Positions 1 through 11,434 of a stretch of 64,000 nt of DNA are shown here, one piece after another. Origin of the DNA: Eledone cirrhosa. Its lineage: Eukaryota. Location: NCBI GenBank assembly GCA_964016885.1, contig OZ024741.1:306590001-306654000 (forward strand), read 5' to 3'. Each line of letters starts with the position of its first letter. The first letter of the stretch is position 1. The notes beneath the pieces are model-generated. The model saw only the letters and a list, made by a program, of their open reading frames with translations, was not told the DNA's origin and searched no databases. Position numbers and translations under genes: made by a program.

Positions 1-406
1 GCACTAGGAGCATTTCCATACCACAATTCCACTACAAAACCTAGGCAGTTGCTCCATCACTCAACATACACTTTGTAAATTGTAGGAATGTACAGAATCA
101 AGATGCTACCCTCAGCCACTCTGTGAGAACAATGGTCCAATTGTGTGCTGACATGGTCTATGATAACTCATCTAATCTATGCTAGCATGGAAAAGTAGAT
201 TTTAAATGACAATGACCAGGACAGCAACACAAACATGAGATCTTATTCTTAGGTGTATATGAATACACTACTCAAACTTTCCTTCATTTACATAGACGCA
301 GACTCCTATGAGTGTGTGTGTATGAGTATGTGTGTGTTTATATAATCTGCAACAGACATATATTTAACTGTTCACTAAAAGTTGATAAACTAAGGCAAGA
401 ACTTAC

Positions 407-544
407 ATTCTGTGGTGGAACATGAAGTTTCTTGACAAGTGACTTTTCCCATCGCTGAGCAGCTACACTTATCACAGCCATTAACACCCATGAACATTAC
501 ACCGACTTTGTATGTGACACCTTCGTAAACACATGACACTGCTG
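407..544 (-). CDS. Exon, 6-Cys module (divergent subtype)
   Basis: Acceptor ttttattag, donor gtaagt, 138 nt (135 nt if the next CAG is used): AVSCVYEGVTYKVGVMFMGVNGCDKCSCSAMGKVTCQETSCSTTE. Confidence 0.88.
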
Positions 545-2707
545 CTAATAAAAAAAAGTGAGCTGGATTAACAATTTAAGACTGTTTTATGTGAAACGAA
601 AGTTCAAAAGGATCTTAACTCCTAAAGGAGCACACATCCCTCTTTAAGTATCAACACAGCTAATTTCGTCCAGAGAAGAGTGAGAGAAATATAAGGAAAT
701 GTTAAAATATAGAAAAATGAGCCCAGTACTGGACTGGTACCTTATTTATCACATACAATAAATCCCTAAAGATGAAAGGCAAAGTTGAGCTTAATGCGAT
801 TTGAACACAGATTATAGTGAGAGAGAAAAAATACAAGGCTTGTTCTGACTCTTTTAATTTATGACTTTTGTATCATATGAAACAATGAAATTCTACTATT
901 GTCATACATTGATCAAAGACAGAGTTTTCATCATAAAGGTAGCTGAATGTAAATTCAAACCATCTTCAGCAATCAGAGCCAGTGCCTGTGTAATAAGTAT
1001 CCTAGAATAGCTCTACAACATGTGTCCCCTTCTCTTCATTATGCACCTCATTTTCACAAATAAACTAAGTTTATACTACAGTTTAATCAACTGATGGACA
1101 GAATTTGAACTGAAATCTCAAGAAAACCATATAGCATGGAAGGAAACTTTACAAAGAATTAATTATTAGTGTCACAAAAGGTCTACAGACACAAAATGAT
1201 TAGCCCATATTTTTTTGTTCATCAAGTTTAAATTTTTCCCCCTCCAAACTTTGTGCATACCATAGACAATCTGTACTCCCCTTACTATGTAGGCCTTTGT
1301 ATTGAAGCTAACCAGGTAATATGGGGAAATTATTTAGTTAAATTAAATATAGGCTGAAATATTGATATATACAGAGTGAATAACTATTAAAACATACTTG
1401 GTATTTGGAATCCAATAGTGGATTATTGTAATAAAGATATCTAATTAAGACACAAGAACACTAAATTTTGGGGTAAAGCCAAAGTACATTGAATGAATCT
1501 CAATATTTGACTGATTACTTTATTGCATGATCTCCAGGGGTATGAAAGGGTAAGTTAACTAAGTGATATGTAAACTCAAATCTTCGGAGCACATGTTAAA
1601 CCGCAATAGCATTTCATCTTATGCTGTATTAATTCTGCTGATCCACTACACTAATAATTATCATAATAATAGAATTTGTATTAACCGTGAAACATTTACC
1701 TTACTCTACACCTAATATTATATATTCATGGTAAAGGCTTTACCTCACTTAATTATCTCATAGAAAATCGAATCTACAAGATGTTGATAAAATTTATTTT
1801 GAGAAAAAATACATTAATATCAGTAAGCAGCCAGTTACAGCCAATGTGAACAAAAAGTGATGTGAGGATTCTAGCAGAACATGGCTGATTTAAATGCTAA
1901 GGGTTAAGCATACATATATTATAAATATACCTTCACATGTACAATCAAATAACCAAATGATTTGTTCTGAATTCTTGTGCATAAATCAAATAGAATGTTC
2001 TAATGTTAAAATGTGTAATGGTGGTTACTGACATACAGGAAAGTTGCGATAGACAAATGTCCCAAATGACTACATCCTGTTGTTTAACTAAACTCTTAAG
2101 CACTAGGAGCATATCCATACCACAATTCCACTACAAAATCTAGGCAGTTGCTCCATCATGCAACATACACGCCTACCATATGTTCATAAACATTACTCTA
2201 TACACTAAACCCATGATAAAATACACTCAATACACTTTGTAAATTATAGGAATGTACAGGATCAAGTTGCTGTCCTCAGCCACTCTGTGAGGAGAATGGT
2301 CCAATTGTGTGCTGACATGATCTGTGATAACTCATCTAATCTATGCTAGCATGGAAAAGTAGATTTTAAATGACAATGACCATGACAGCAACACAAACAT
2401 GAGATCTTATTCTTAGTTGTATATGTATACACTACTGAAACTTTTCTTCCTTTACATGCACACTCCTATGAGAGTGTGTGTGTGTATTTATATCATCTGC
2501 AACAGACATATATTTAACTGTTCACTAAAAGTTGATAAAATAATGATTAGCCCACAGTTTCTTTGTTTTTCAACTACAAAATCCCCCCCCCCCCCCACAC
2601 TTTAATTAAGTTAAATTAAATCTAGGCTGAAATGTTGATATATACAGAGTGAGTAACTATTAAAACATACTTGGTATTTGGAATCTCATAGTGGATTATT
2701 ATAATAA

Positions 2708-3076
2708 TTGTGTCTACTTTTAACACAAGGCCAGCAATTATCACAGTGCATTATTGGTACTTTATTTTATCGTCCCATAAGAAAGAAAGGCAAAGTTAAC
2801 CTCGGCGGGATTTGAACTCAGAATAGCAAGGGCTGTACCTCTATGCGTCAAACATGGCGTCTGACCCTCTACCGATACTGCCAATCAAATAATTGGTTCT
2901 ACTTTTGGCACAAGACCAGCAATTATCCAAGTTTATTACTGGTAGATTATTTTATCGACCCTGTAAGGATGAAAGGCAAAGTTAACCTCGGAGGGATTTG
3001 AACTCAGAACATAAAGGGCCGTAACTCTTTGTTGCAAAGCATGGTGTCCGACCCTCTACCGATACTGCCAATCCAC
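2708..3076 (-). mobile_element. Two tandem copies of tRNA-derived SINE family 1
   Basis: Reverse complement has a box A-like TGGCAGTATCGG and box B GAGTTCAAATCC, then the core ...tttgcctttcatccttac.gggtcgataaaata.... Absent at the homologous site at ~1420-1445. Confidence 0.8.
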
Positions 3077-4221
3077 GGATCCAATAATGATATCTAATTA
3101 AGACACAAGAACACTAAATTTTAGCGTAAAGCCAAACAACATTGAATGAATCTCAATATTTAACTGATTACTTTATTTCATCAACTCTGGGGGTATGAAA
3201 GGGTAAGTTAACTTAGTGATATGTAAACTCAAATCTTCAGAGCACAATTTATACCGCAATAGCATTTCATCTGATGCTGTATTAATTCTGCTGATCCACT
3301 ACACTAGTAATTATTATAACAATAGAAGTTGTATTAACCCTGAAACATTTATATTACTCTACACCTAATATTATATATTCATGGTAAAGGCTTTACCTCA
3401 CATAATTATCTCACAGAAAATCGAATCTACAAGATGTTGATATTATTTATTTTGAGAAAAAATACATTAATATCAGTAAGCAGCCAGTTACAGCCAATTT
3501 GAACAAAAAGTGATGAGAGAATTCTAGCAGAACATGGCTGGTTTAAATGCTAAGGGTTAAGCAAACATTTATTATAAATATACCTTCACATGTACAATCA
3601 AATAAACAAATAATTCATTCTGCAGTCTTGTACATAAAACGAATAGAATGTTCTAAAGTTAAAATGTGTAATGGTGGTTACTGACATACAGGAAAGTTGC
3701 GATAGACAAATGTCCCAAATGACCACATCCCGTTGTTTAACTAAACTCTTAAACACTAGAAGCATATCCATACCACAATTCCACTACAAAACCTAGGCAG
3801 TTGCTCCATCACTCAACATAGACACCTACGATTTCCAAATAAACATTACTCTATACAGTAATGCCATGATAAAATACACTAAATGCACTTTGTAAATAGT
3901 AGGAACATACAGGAATAGGATGCTGCCCTCAGCCCTTCTGTGAGGACAATGGTCCAATTGTGTCCTGACATGGTCTGTGATAACTCATCTAATCTATGCT
4001 AGCATGGAAAAGTAGATTTTAAATGACAATTAGGATGAGAGCAACACAAACATGAGATCTGATTCTGAGTTGTATATGTATACACTATTCAAACTTTTCT
4101 TCATTTACACGCAGACTCCAGTGACAGTGTGTGTGTATGAGTATGTGTGTATTTATATAATCTGCAATATACATATATTTAACTGTTCACTAAAAGTTGA
4201 TAAACTAAGGCAAGAACTTAC

Positions 4222-4359
4222 ATTCTGTGGTGGAACATGAAGTTTCTTGACAAGTAACTTTTCCCATCGCTGAGCAGCTACATTTATCACAGCCATTAAC
4301 ACCCATGAACATTACACCGACTTTGTATGTGACACCTTCGTACACACATGTCACTGATG
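4222..4359 (-). CDS. Exon, 6-Cys module (divergent subtype)
   Basis: tag/gtaagt, 138 nt: SVTCVYEGVTYKVGVMFMGVNGCDKCSCSAMGKVTCQETSCSTTE. Confidence 0.88.
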
Positions 4360-6340
4360 CTAATAAAAAAAAGGTGAGCTGGATTAAAAAATTAAGGCTG
4401 TATTATGTGAAAGGAAAGTTCAAAAGGATCTTAACTCCTAATGGAGCACACATCCCTCTTTAGGTATGAACACAGCTAATTTCCCCCAGAGAAAAGTTAG
4501 AGAAATATAAGGAAATGTAGAAATATAGGAAAATGAGCCCAGTACTGGACTGGTACCTTATTTATCACATACAATAAATCCCTAAAGATGAAAGGCAAAG
4601 TTGTGCTTAATGCAATTTGAACACAAACTATAGTGAGTGAGAAAAAATACAAGGGTATTTAATCTGATGTTCTGACTCTTTTAATTTATAACTTTTGTAT
4701 CATATGAAACAATGAAATTCTACTATTGTCATACATTGATCAGACAGAGTTTTCATCGCAAAGGTAGTTGAATGTAAATTCAAACCATCTTCAACAATCA
4801 GAGCCAGTGCCTGTGTAATAAGTATCCTAGAATAGCTCTACAACATGTGTCCCCTTCTCTTCATTATGCACCTCATTTTCACAAATAAACTAATTTCATA
4901 CTACAGTTTAGTAAACTGATGGACAGAATTTGAACTGAAATCTCAAGAAAACCATATAGCATGGAAGGAAACTTTACAAAGAATTAATTATTAGTGTCAC
5001 AAAAGGTGTACTGTCACAAAATGATTAGCCCATATTTTTATGTTCTTTAAGTTTAAATTCTTCCCCCTCCAAACTTTGTTCATACCATAGACAATCTGTA
5101 CTCCCCTTACTATGTAGGCCTTTGTATTGAAGCTAACCAGGTAGTATGGGGAAATTATTAAGTTAAATTAAATATTGATATATACAGAGTGAATAACTAT
5201 TAAAACATACTTGGTATTTGGAATCTCATAGTGGATTATTATAATAAAGATATCTAATTTAGACACAAGAACAATAAATTTTGGGGTAAAACCAAAGTAC
5301 ATTGAATGAATCTCAATATTTGACTGATTACTTTATTTCATCAACTCCAGTGTAAGTTAACTAAGTGATGTGTAAACTAAAATCTTCGGAGCACAACTTA
5401 TACCACAATAGCATTTCATCTGATGTTGTATTAATTCTGCCGATCCACTACACTAATAATTATGGTAATAATAGAATTTGTATTAACCCTGAAACATTTA
5501 CCTTACTCTACACCTAATATTATATATTCATAGTAAAGGTTTTATCTCACATAATTATCTCACATAAAATCGAATCTACAAGATTTTGATATTACTTATT
5601 TTGAGAAAAAATACATTAATATCATTAAGCAGCCAGTTACAGCCAGTTTGAAAAAAAAGATGAGAGAATTCTAGCAGAACATGGCTGGTTTAAATGTTAA
5701 GGGGTTAAGGAAACATATATTATAAATATACCTTCACATATACAATCAAATAACCAAATAATTCGTTCTGCAGTCTTGTACATAAATCAAATAGAATGTT
5801 CTAAAGTTAAAACGTGAAATGGTGGTTACTGACATACAGGAAACTTGCGATAGACAAATGTCCCAAATGACCACATCCCATTGTTTAACTAAACTCTTAA
5901 GCACTAGGAGCATATCCATACCACAATTCTACTATAAATCCTAGGCACTTGCTCCATCACTCAACATACACTGCTACCATTTCCTCATAAACATTACTCT
6001 ATACAGTAATGCCATGATAAAATACACTCAATACACTTTGTAAATTGTAGGAATGTACAGGATCAAGATGCTGTCCCCAGCCCCTCTGTGAGGACAATGG
6101 CCCAATTGTGGGATGATATGCACTATGATAACTCATCTAATCTATGGTAGCATGGAAAAGTAGATTTTAAATGACAATGACCATGACAGCACCACAAATA
6201 TGAGATCTTATGCTTAGTTGTATATGAATACACTACTCAAACTTTTCTTCCTTTACATGCACACCCCTATGAGTGTGTGTGTGTTTATACAATCTGCAAC
6301 AGACATATATTTAACTGTTCACTAAAAGTTGATAAAATAA

Positions 6341-6506
6341 TTGTTTCTACTTTAGGCACAAGGCCAGCAATTACCCAGTGCATTACTGGTACTTTATTTT
6401 ATCGACTCCATAACGATGAAAGGCCAATTCAACCTCGGCGGGATTTGAACTCAGATCGTAAAGGGACGTAACTATGCTGGAAAGCATGGCGTCCGACCCT
6501 CTAACG
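6341..6506 (-). mobile_element. SINE family 1 inserted at an exon-deletion junction
   Basis: Same SINE body, flanked by a TSD-like pair taaaataat/taaaacaat. Absent from the sister junction at ~2541. Confidence 0.75.
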
Positions 6507-6640
6507 TAAAACAATGATTAGCCCACAGTTTCTTTGTTTTTCAACTACAGAATTCTTCACCCTCCAAACTTTAAGCATACCATAGACAATCTGCACTCCC
6601 CTTACTATGTAGGCCTTTGTATTGAAGCTAACCAGGTAAT

Positions 6641-7094
6641 ATCATCATCCTCATCATCACCGTTTTACGTCCGTTTTTCCACGCCAGCATGGGTTAGACG
6701 GGTTGTCCTGTTGTGGGCCGTGTCTGGTCGGCTGACCATGCCTTGCTCATACAGGAACTGATTTGGCTTGATTTCTACAGCTGGATGCCTTTCCTAACCC
6801 CAACCTCATTAACAGTGAGTGCTGGGTGCTTTTTCGTGGTGCTTACACGTCCACTTTACAGTGTGGGCTGGGTGCTTTTTTGCCGTGGCACCTCCACAAC
6901 CACCTTGCGGGGGGGGGGGGTGTACATATTGTCTATATGCTTCAGCTTGTACCCATGGGAGGTCGGGTACTCTGTATTACTGCGTGACGCCAGAGGTCAC
7001 GGTCATGTGTCATTGCCTTTGAGAGGTGTAATTGGGTAAGGTCGGCTTTTATCACCTCATCGCAGGTCATCTTGGGTCTCCCCACTCCGCGGTT
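6641..7094 (-). mobile_element. 5'-truncated RTE-type LINE 3' end
   Basis: (ATG)n tail and ...gcatgg/aaaacggacgtaaaac 3' terminus on the minus strand. The other end translates GRPKMTCDEVIKAD, matching GRPRKTWDELINSD of the LINE at 31.9 kb. Confidence 0.75.
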
Positions 7095-7206
7095 TATGGG
7101 GAAATTATAAAGTTAAATTAAATCTAGGCTGAAATGTTGATATATACAGATTGAATAACTATTAAAACATACTTGGTATTTGGAATCTCATAGTGGATTA
7201 TTATAA

Positions 7207-7564
7207 TTGTTTCTAGTTTTGGCACAAGGCCAGCAATTAGCACAGAGCATTACTGATCGACCCCGTAAGAAAGAAAGGCAAAGTTAACCTCGGTGGGATT
7301 TGAATTCAGAATAGCAAGAGCCGTAACTCTATGCGTCAAAGCATGGCGTCCGACCCTCTACCGAATACTGCCAATCCAATAATTGTTTCTAATTTTGGCA
7401 CAAGACCAGCAATTATCCCAGTTTATTACTGGTACTTTATTTTATCAACCCAGTAAGGATGAAAGGCAAAGTTAACCTCGGCGGGATTTGAACTCAGACC
7501 ATAAAGGGCCGTAACTTTTTGCTGCAAAGCATGGTGTCCGACCCTCTACCAATACTACCAATCC
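7207..7564 (-). mobile_element. Two tandem copies of SINE family 1 (duplicate of 2708-3076)
   Basis: Same twin arrangement and the same atcca.ggatccaataatgatatct right junction as at 3071-3095. Confidence 0.8.
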
Positions 7565-8714
7565 ATGGATCCAATAATGATATCTAATTAAGACACAAGA
7601 ACACTAAATTTAGGGGTAAAGCCAAACAACATTGAATGAATCTCAATACTTGACTGATTACTTTATTTCATCAACTCAGAGGGTATGAAAGGGTAAGTTA
7701 ACTTAGTGATATGTAAACTCAAATCTTCGGAGCACAATTTATACCGCAATAGCATTTCATCTGATGCTGTAGTAATACTGCCGATCCACTACACTGATAA
7801 TTATCATAATAATAGAATTTGTATTAATCCTGAAACATTTACATTACACTACACCTAATATTATATATTCATGGTAAAGGCTTTACTTCATTTAATTATC
7901 TCACATAAAATCGAATCTGCAAGATGTTGATATTATTTATTTTGGAAAAAATACATTAATATCAGTAAGCAGCCAGTTACAGCCAGTTTGAAAAAAAGTG
8001 ATGAGAGAATTCTAGCAGAACATGGCTGGTTTAAATGGTAAGGGGTTAAGCATACATATATTATAAATATAGCTTCACATGTACAATCAAATAAACAAAT
8101 GATTTGTTCTGCAGTCTTGCACTTAAATCAAATAGAATGTTCTAAAGTTAAAATGTGTAATGGTGGTTACTGACATACAGGAGAGTTGTGATAGACAAAT
8201 TTAACAAATGACCACATCCCGTTGTTTTACTAAACTCTTAAGCACTAGGAGCATATCCATACCACAATTCCACTACAAAACCTTGGCAGTTGCTTCATCA
8301 CTCAACATACAGCCCTACCATTTCCTGATAAACATTACTCTATACACTAACGCCTTGATAAAATACACTCCATACACTTTGTAAATTGTAGGAATGCACA
8401 GGATCAAAATGCTGTCCTCAGCCCCTCTTTGAGGACAATCGTCCAATCGTGTGCTGACATGGTCTGTGATAACTCATCTAATCTATGCTAGCATGGAAAA
8501 GTAGATTTTAAATGACAATGATGATGACAGTTACACAAACATGAGATCTTATTCTTAGTTGTATATGAATACACTACTGAAAATTTTCTTCATTTACATA
8601 CATGCAGACTCTTATGAGAGTGTGTGTGTAAGAGCATGTGTGTGTTTATATAACCTGCAGCAGACATATATTTAACTGTTCACTAAAAGTTGATAAAATA
8701 AGGCAAGAACTTAC

Positions 8715-8849
8715 ATTTTAGGGTGGAACATGAAGTTTCTTGACAAGTGACTTTCCCCATCTCTGAGCAGCTACATTTATCACAGCCATTTAAACCTATG
8801 AACATTACACCTACTCTGTATATGGTACCATGATACGCACATGTCACTG
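8715..8849 (-). CDS. Exon, 6-Cys module
   Basis: tttttgcag/gtaagt, 135 nt: VTCAYHGTIYRVGVMFIGLNGCDKCSCSEMGKVTCQETSCSTLK. Confidence 0.9.
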
Positions 8850-10349
8850 CTGCAAAAAAGAATGAGCCAGATTTACAAATTAAGGCTGTATTATATGGAA
8901 GGAAAGTTCAAAAGGATCTAAACTCCTAATGGAGCACACATCTCTCTTTAGGTATGAACACAGCTAATTTCGTCTAGCGAAGAGTGAGAGAAATATAAGG
9001 AAATGTAGAAATATAGAAAAATTGAGCCCAGTACTGGACGGGTACTTTATTTATCAACCACAAAGTATCCCTAAAGATGAAAGGCAAAGTTGAGCTTAAT
9101 GCGATTTGAACACAGACTATAGTGAGTCAGAGAAAATACAAGGTTATTTAATCTGATGTTCTGACTCTTTTAATTCATGACCTTTGTATAATATGAAACA
9201 ATGAAATTCTACTATTGTCATACATTGATCAAAGACAGAGTTTTCATTGCAAAGGTAGCTGAATGTAAATTCAAACCATTTTCAACAATCAGAGCCAGTG
9301 CCTGAGTAATAAGTATTCTAGACTAGCTCTACAACATGTGTCCCTTTCTCTTCATTATGCACCTCATTTTCACAAATAAACTAAGTTTATACTACAGTTT
9401 AGTAAACTGATGGACACAGAATTAGCATGAAAGAAACCTTTACAATGAATTAATTAATAGTGCCACAAAAGGTCTACTGACACAAAATGATTAGCCCATA
9501 TATTTTTGTTCTTCAACTTTAAATTTTTCCTCCTGAAAACTTTGTGCATACCATAGACAATCGGTACTCCCCTTACTATGTAGGCCTTTGTATTGAAGCT
9601 AACCAGGTAATATGGGGAAATTATTAAGTTAAATTAAATCTAGGCTGAAATATTGATAAATACAGAGTGAACAACTAATAAAACGTACTTGGTATTTGGA
9701 ATCCCATTATAATAATTGTTTCTCCTTTTGGCACAAGGCCAGCAATCATCCCACTGTATTGTTGGTACTTTATTTTATCAACCCCATAAAGATGAAAGGC
9801 AGAGTCAACCTCGGGGGATTTGAACTCAGTCCGTAAAGGCATATCTAATTAAGACACAAATCCAGTAAATTTCTGGGCAAAGGCAAACTTCATTGTATGA
9901 ATCTCAATATTTGATTGATTACTTTATTTCATCAACTCCAGGGATATGAAAGGGAAAGTTGCCTTAAGTGATATGTAAACTCAAATCTTCGGAGCACAAC
10001 TTATACTGCAATAGCATTTTATTTGATGCTGTATTAAATCTGCCGATCCACTACACTAATAATTATGATAATTATAGAATTTGTATTAACCCTGAAACAT
10101 TTACATTAATCTAAACTTAATATTATATATTAATGGTAAGGGCTTTACCTCAAATAATTATCTCACAGAAAATCGAATCTACAAGATGTTGATATTATTT
10201 ATTTTGAGAAAAAATACATTAATATCTGTAAGCAGCCAGTTACAGCTAGTTTGAAAAAAAAGTGATGAAAGAATTCTGGCAGAACATGGCTGGTTTAAAT
10301 GCTAAAGGGTTAAGCATACATATATTATAAATATACCTTCACATGTACA

Positions 10350-10682
10350 TGGAGGAACATAGCTTAGTGGTGAAAGCATTGGCCTTGCAATCGAAAGGTT
10401 GTGAGTTCAATTCTCAGACTGGGTGATGTGTTGTTTCCTTGAGCAAGACACTTTATTTCACATTGCTCCAGTTTACTCAGCTGTAGATAGGGACTGGGGT
10501 CCATATGAATCCACAGCAAAGTGGTCGTCGAGGGGCCATGGCAAAAAAGCACACAGCACTCACTGTAAATGAGGTTGCTGTTAGGAAGGGCATCCAGCTG
10601 TAGTAATCAAGTCAGAATCATTTCCCGTCCCACCTTTGCAAGCAGGGAAAAAAGCGGACGTAAAAATTAAATGATGATGATG
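10350..10682 (+). mobile_element. tRNA-derived SINE family 2 (CORE-like centre, RTE-like tail)
   Basis: Box A TAGCTTAGTGG, box B GAGTTCAATTC, centre ccttgagcaagacacttta, (ATG)n tail. TSD atgtaca at 10343-10349 and 10683-10689. Confidence 0.88.
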
Positions 10683-11299
10683 ATGTACAATCAAATAACC
10701 CAAATGATTTGTTCTGCAGTCTTGTGCATAAATTGAATAGAATGTCCTAAAGTTAAAATGTGTAATGGTAGTTATTGACATACAGGAAACTTTCAATAGA
10801 CAAATTTCCTAAATGACCACATCCCATTGTTTAACTAAACTCTTAAGCAGAATTCCACTACAAAACCTTGGCAGTTGCTCCATCATTCAACATACACGCC
10901 TACCATTTCCTCACAAAGATTACTCTATACAGTAACGCCATGATAAAATACGCTCAATACACTTTGTAAATTGTAGGAATGTACAGGAATAGGATGCTAC
11001 CCTCAGCCATTCTGTGAGGACAATGGCCCAATTGTGTGCTGACATGATCTGTGATAACTCATCTAATCTATGCTAGCATGGGAAAGTAGATTTTAAATGA
11101 CAATGACCATGACAGCAACACAAACATGAGATCTTATTCTTAGTTGTATATGAATACACTACTCAAACTTTTCTTCATTTACATACACGCAGACTCTTAT
11201 GAGAGTGTGTGTGTATGAGTATGTGTGTATTTATATAATCTGCAACAGACATATATTTAACTGTTTACTAAAAGTTGATAAAATAAGGCAAGAACTTAC

Positions 11300-11434
11300 A
11301 TCTTGTGGTGGAACATGAAGTTTCTTCACAAGTGACTTTCCCCATCTCTGAGCAGCTACATTTATCACAGCCATTTAAACCTATGAACGTTACACCTACT
11401 TTGTATATGGTACCATGATACTCACATGTCACTG
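11300..11434 (-). CDS. Exon, 6-Cys module
   Basis: 135 nt: VTCEYHGTIYKVGVTFIGLNGCDKCSCSEMGKVTCEETSCSTTR. Confidence 0.9.

Noticed and set aside
1275-1325. Conserved ccccttactatgtag...ccaggtaat block with splice-like signals on both strands
   Set aside because: The implied exons are 22-23 nt and frame-shifting. The site is deleted at 14186-16404, and the plus-strand GT is lost in some units.
2417-2605. ORFs MYMYTL.../MRSDSEL.../MCVYT... (2417, 4052, 6277), and 22156, 52548
   Set aside because: Chance ORFs over (GT)n-rich or SINE-derived intron sequence; the frame is not conserved between units.
3405-3440. Possible 12 nt minus-strand micro-exon (cttgtag ATTCGATTTTAT gtgaga)
   Set aside because: The putative donor is mutated in several units (cacag, catag, cccat), and the segment is deleted in the units at ~45440, ~47045 and ~58408. 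There is no independent support.
10351-10425. tRNA-like A/B boxes as genuine tRNA genes
   Set aside because: No complete cloverleaf. They continue into SINE bodies with tails and TSDs.
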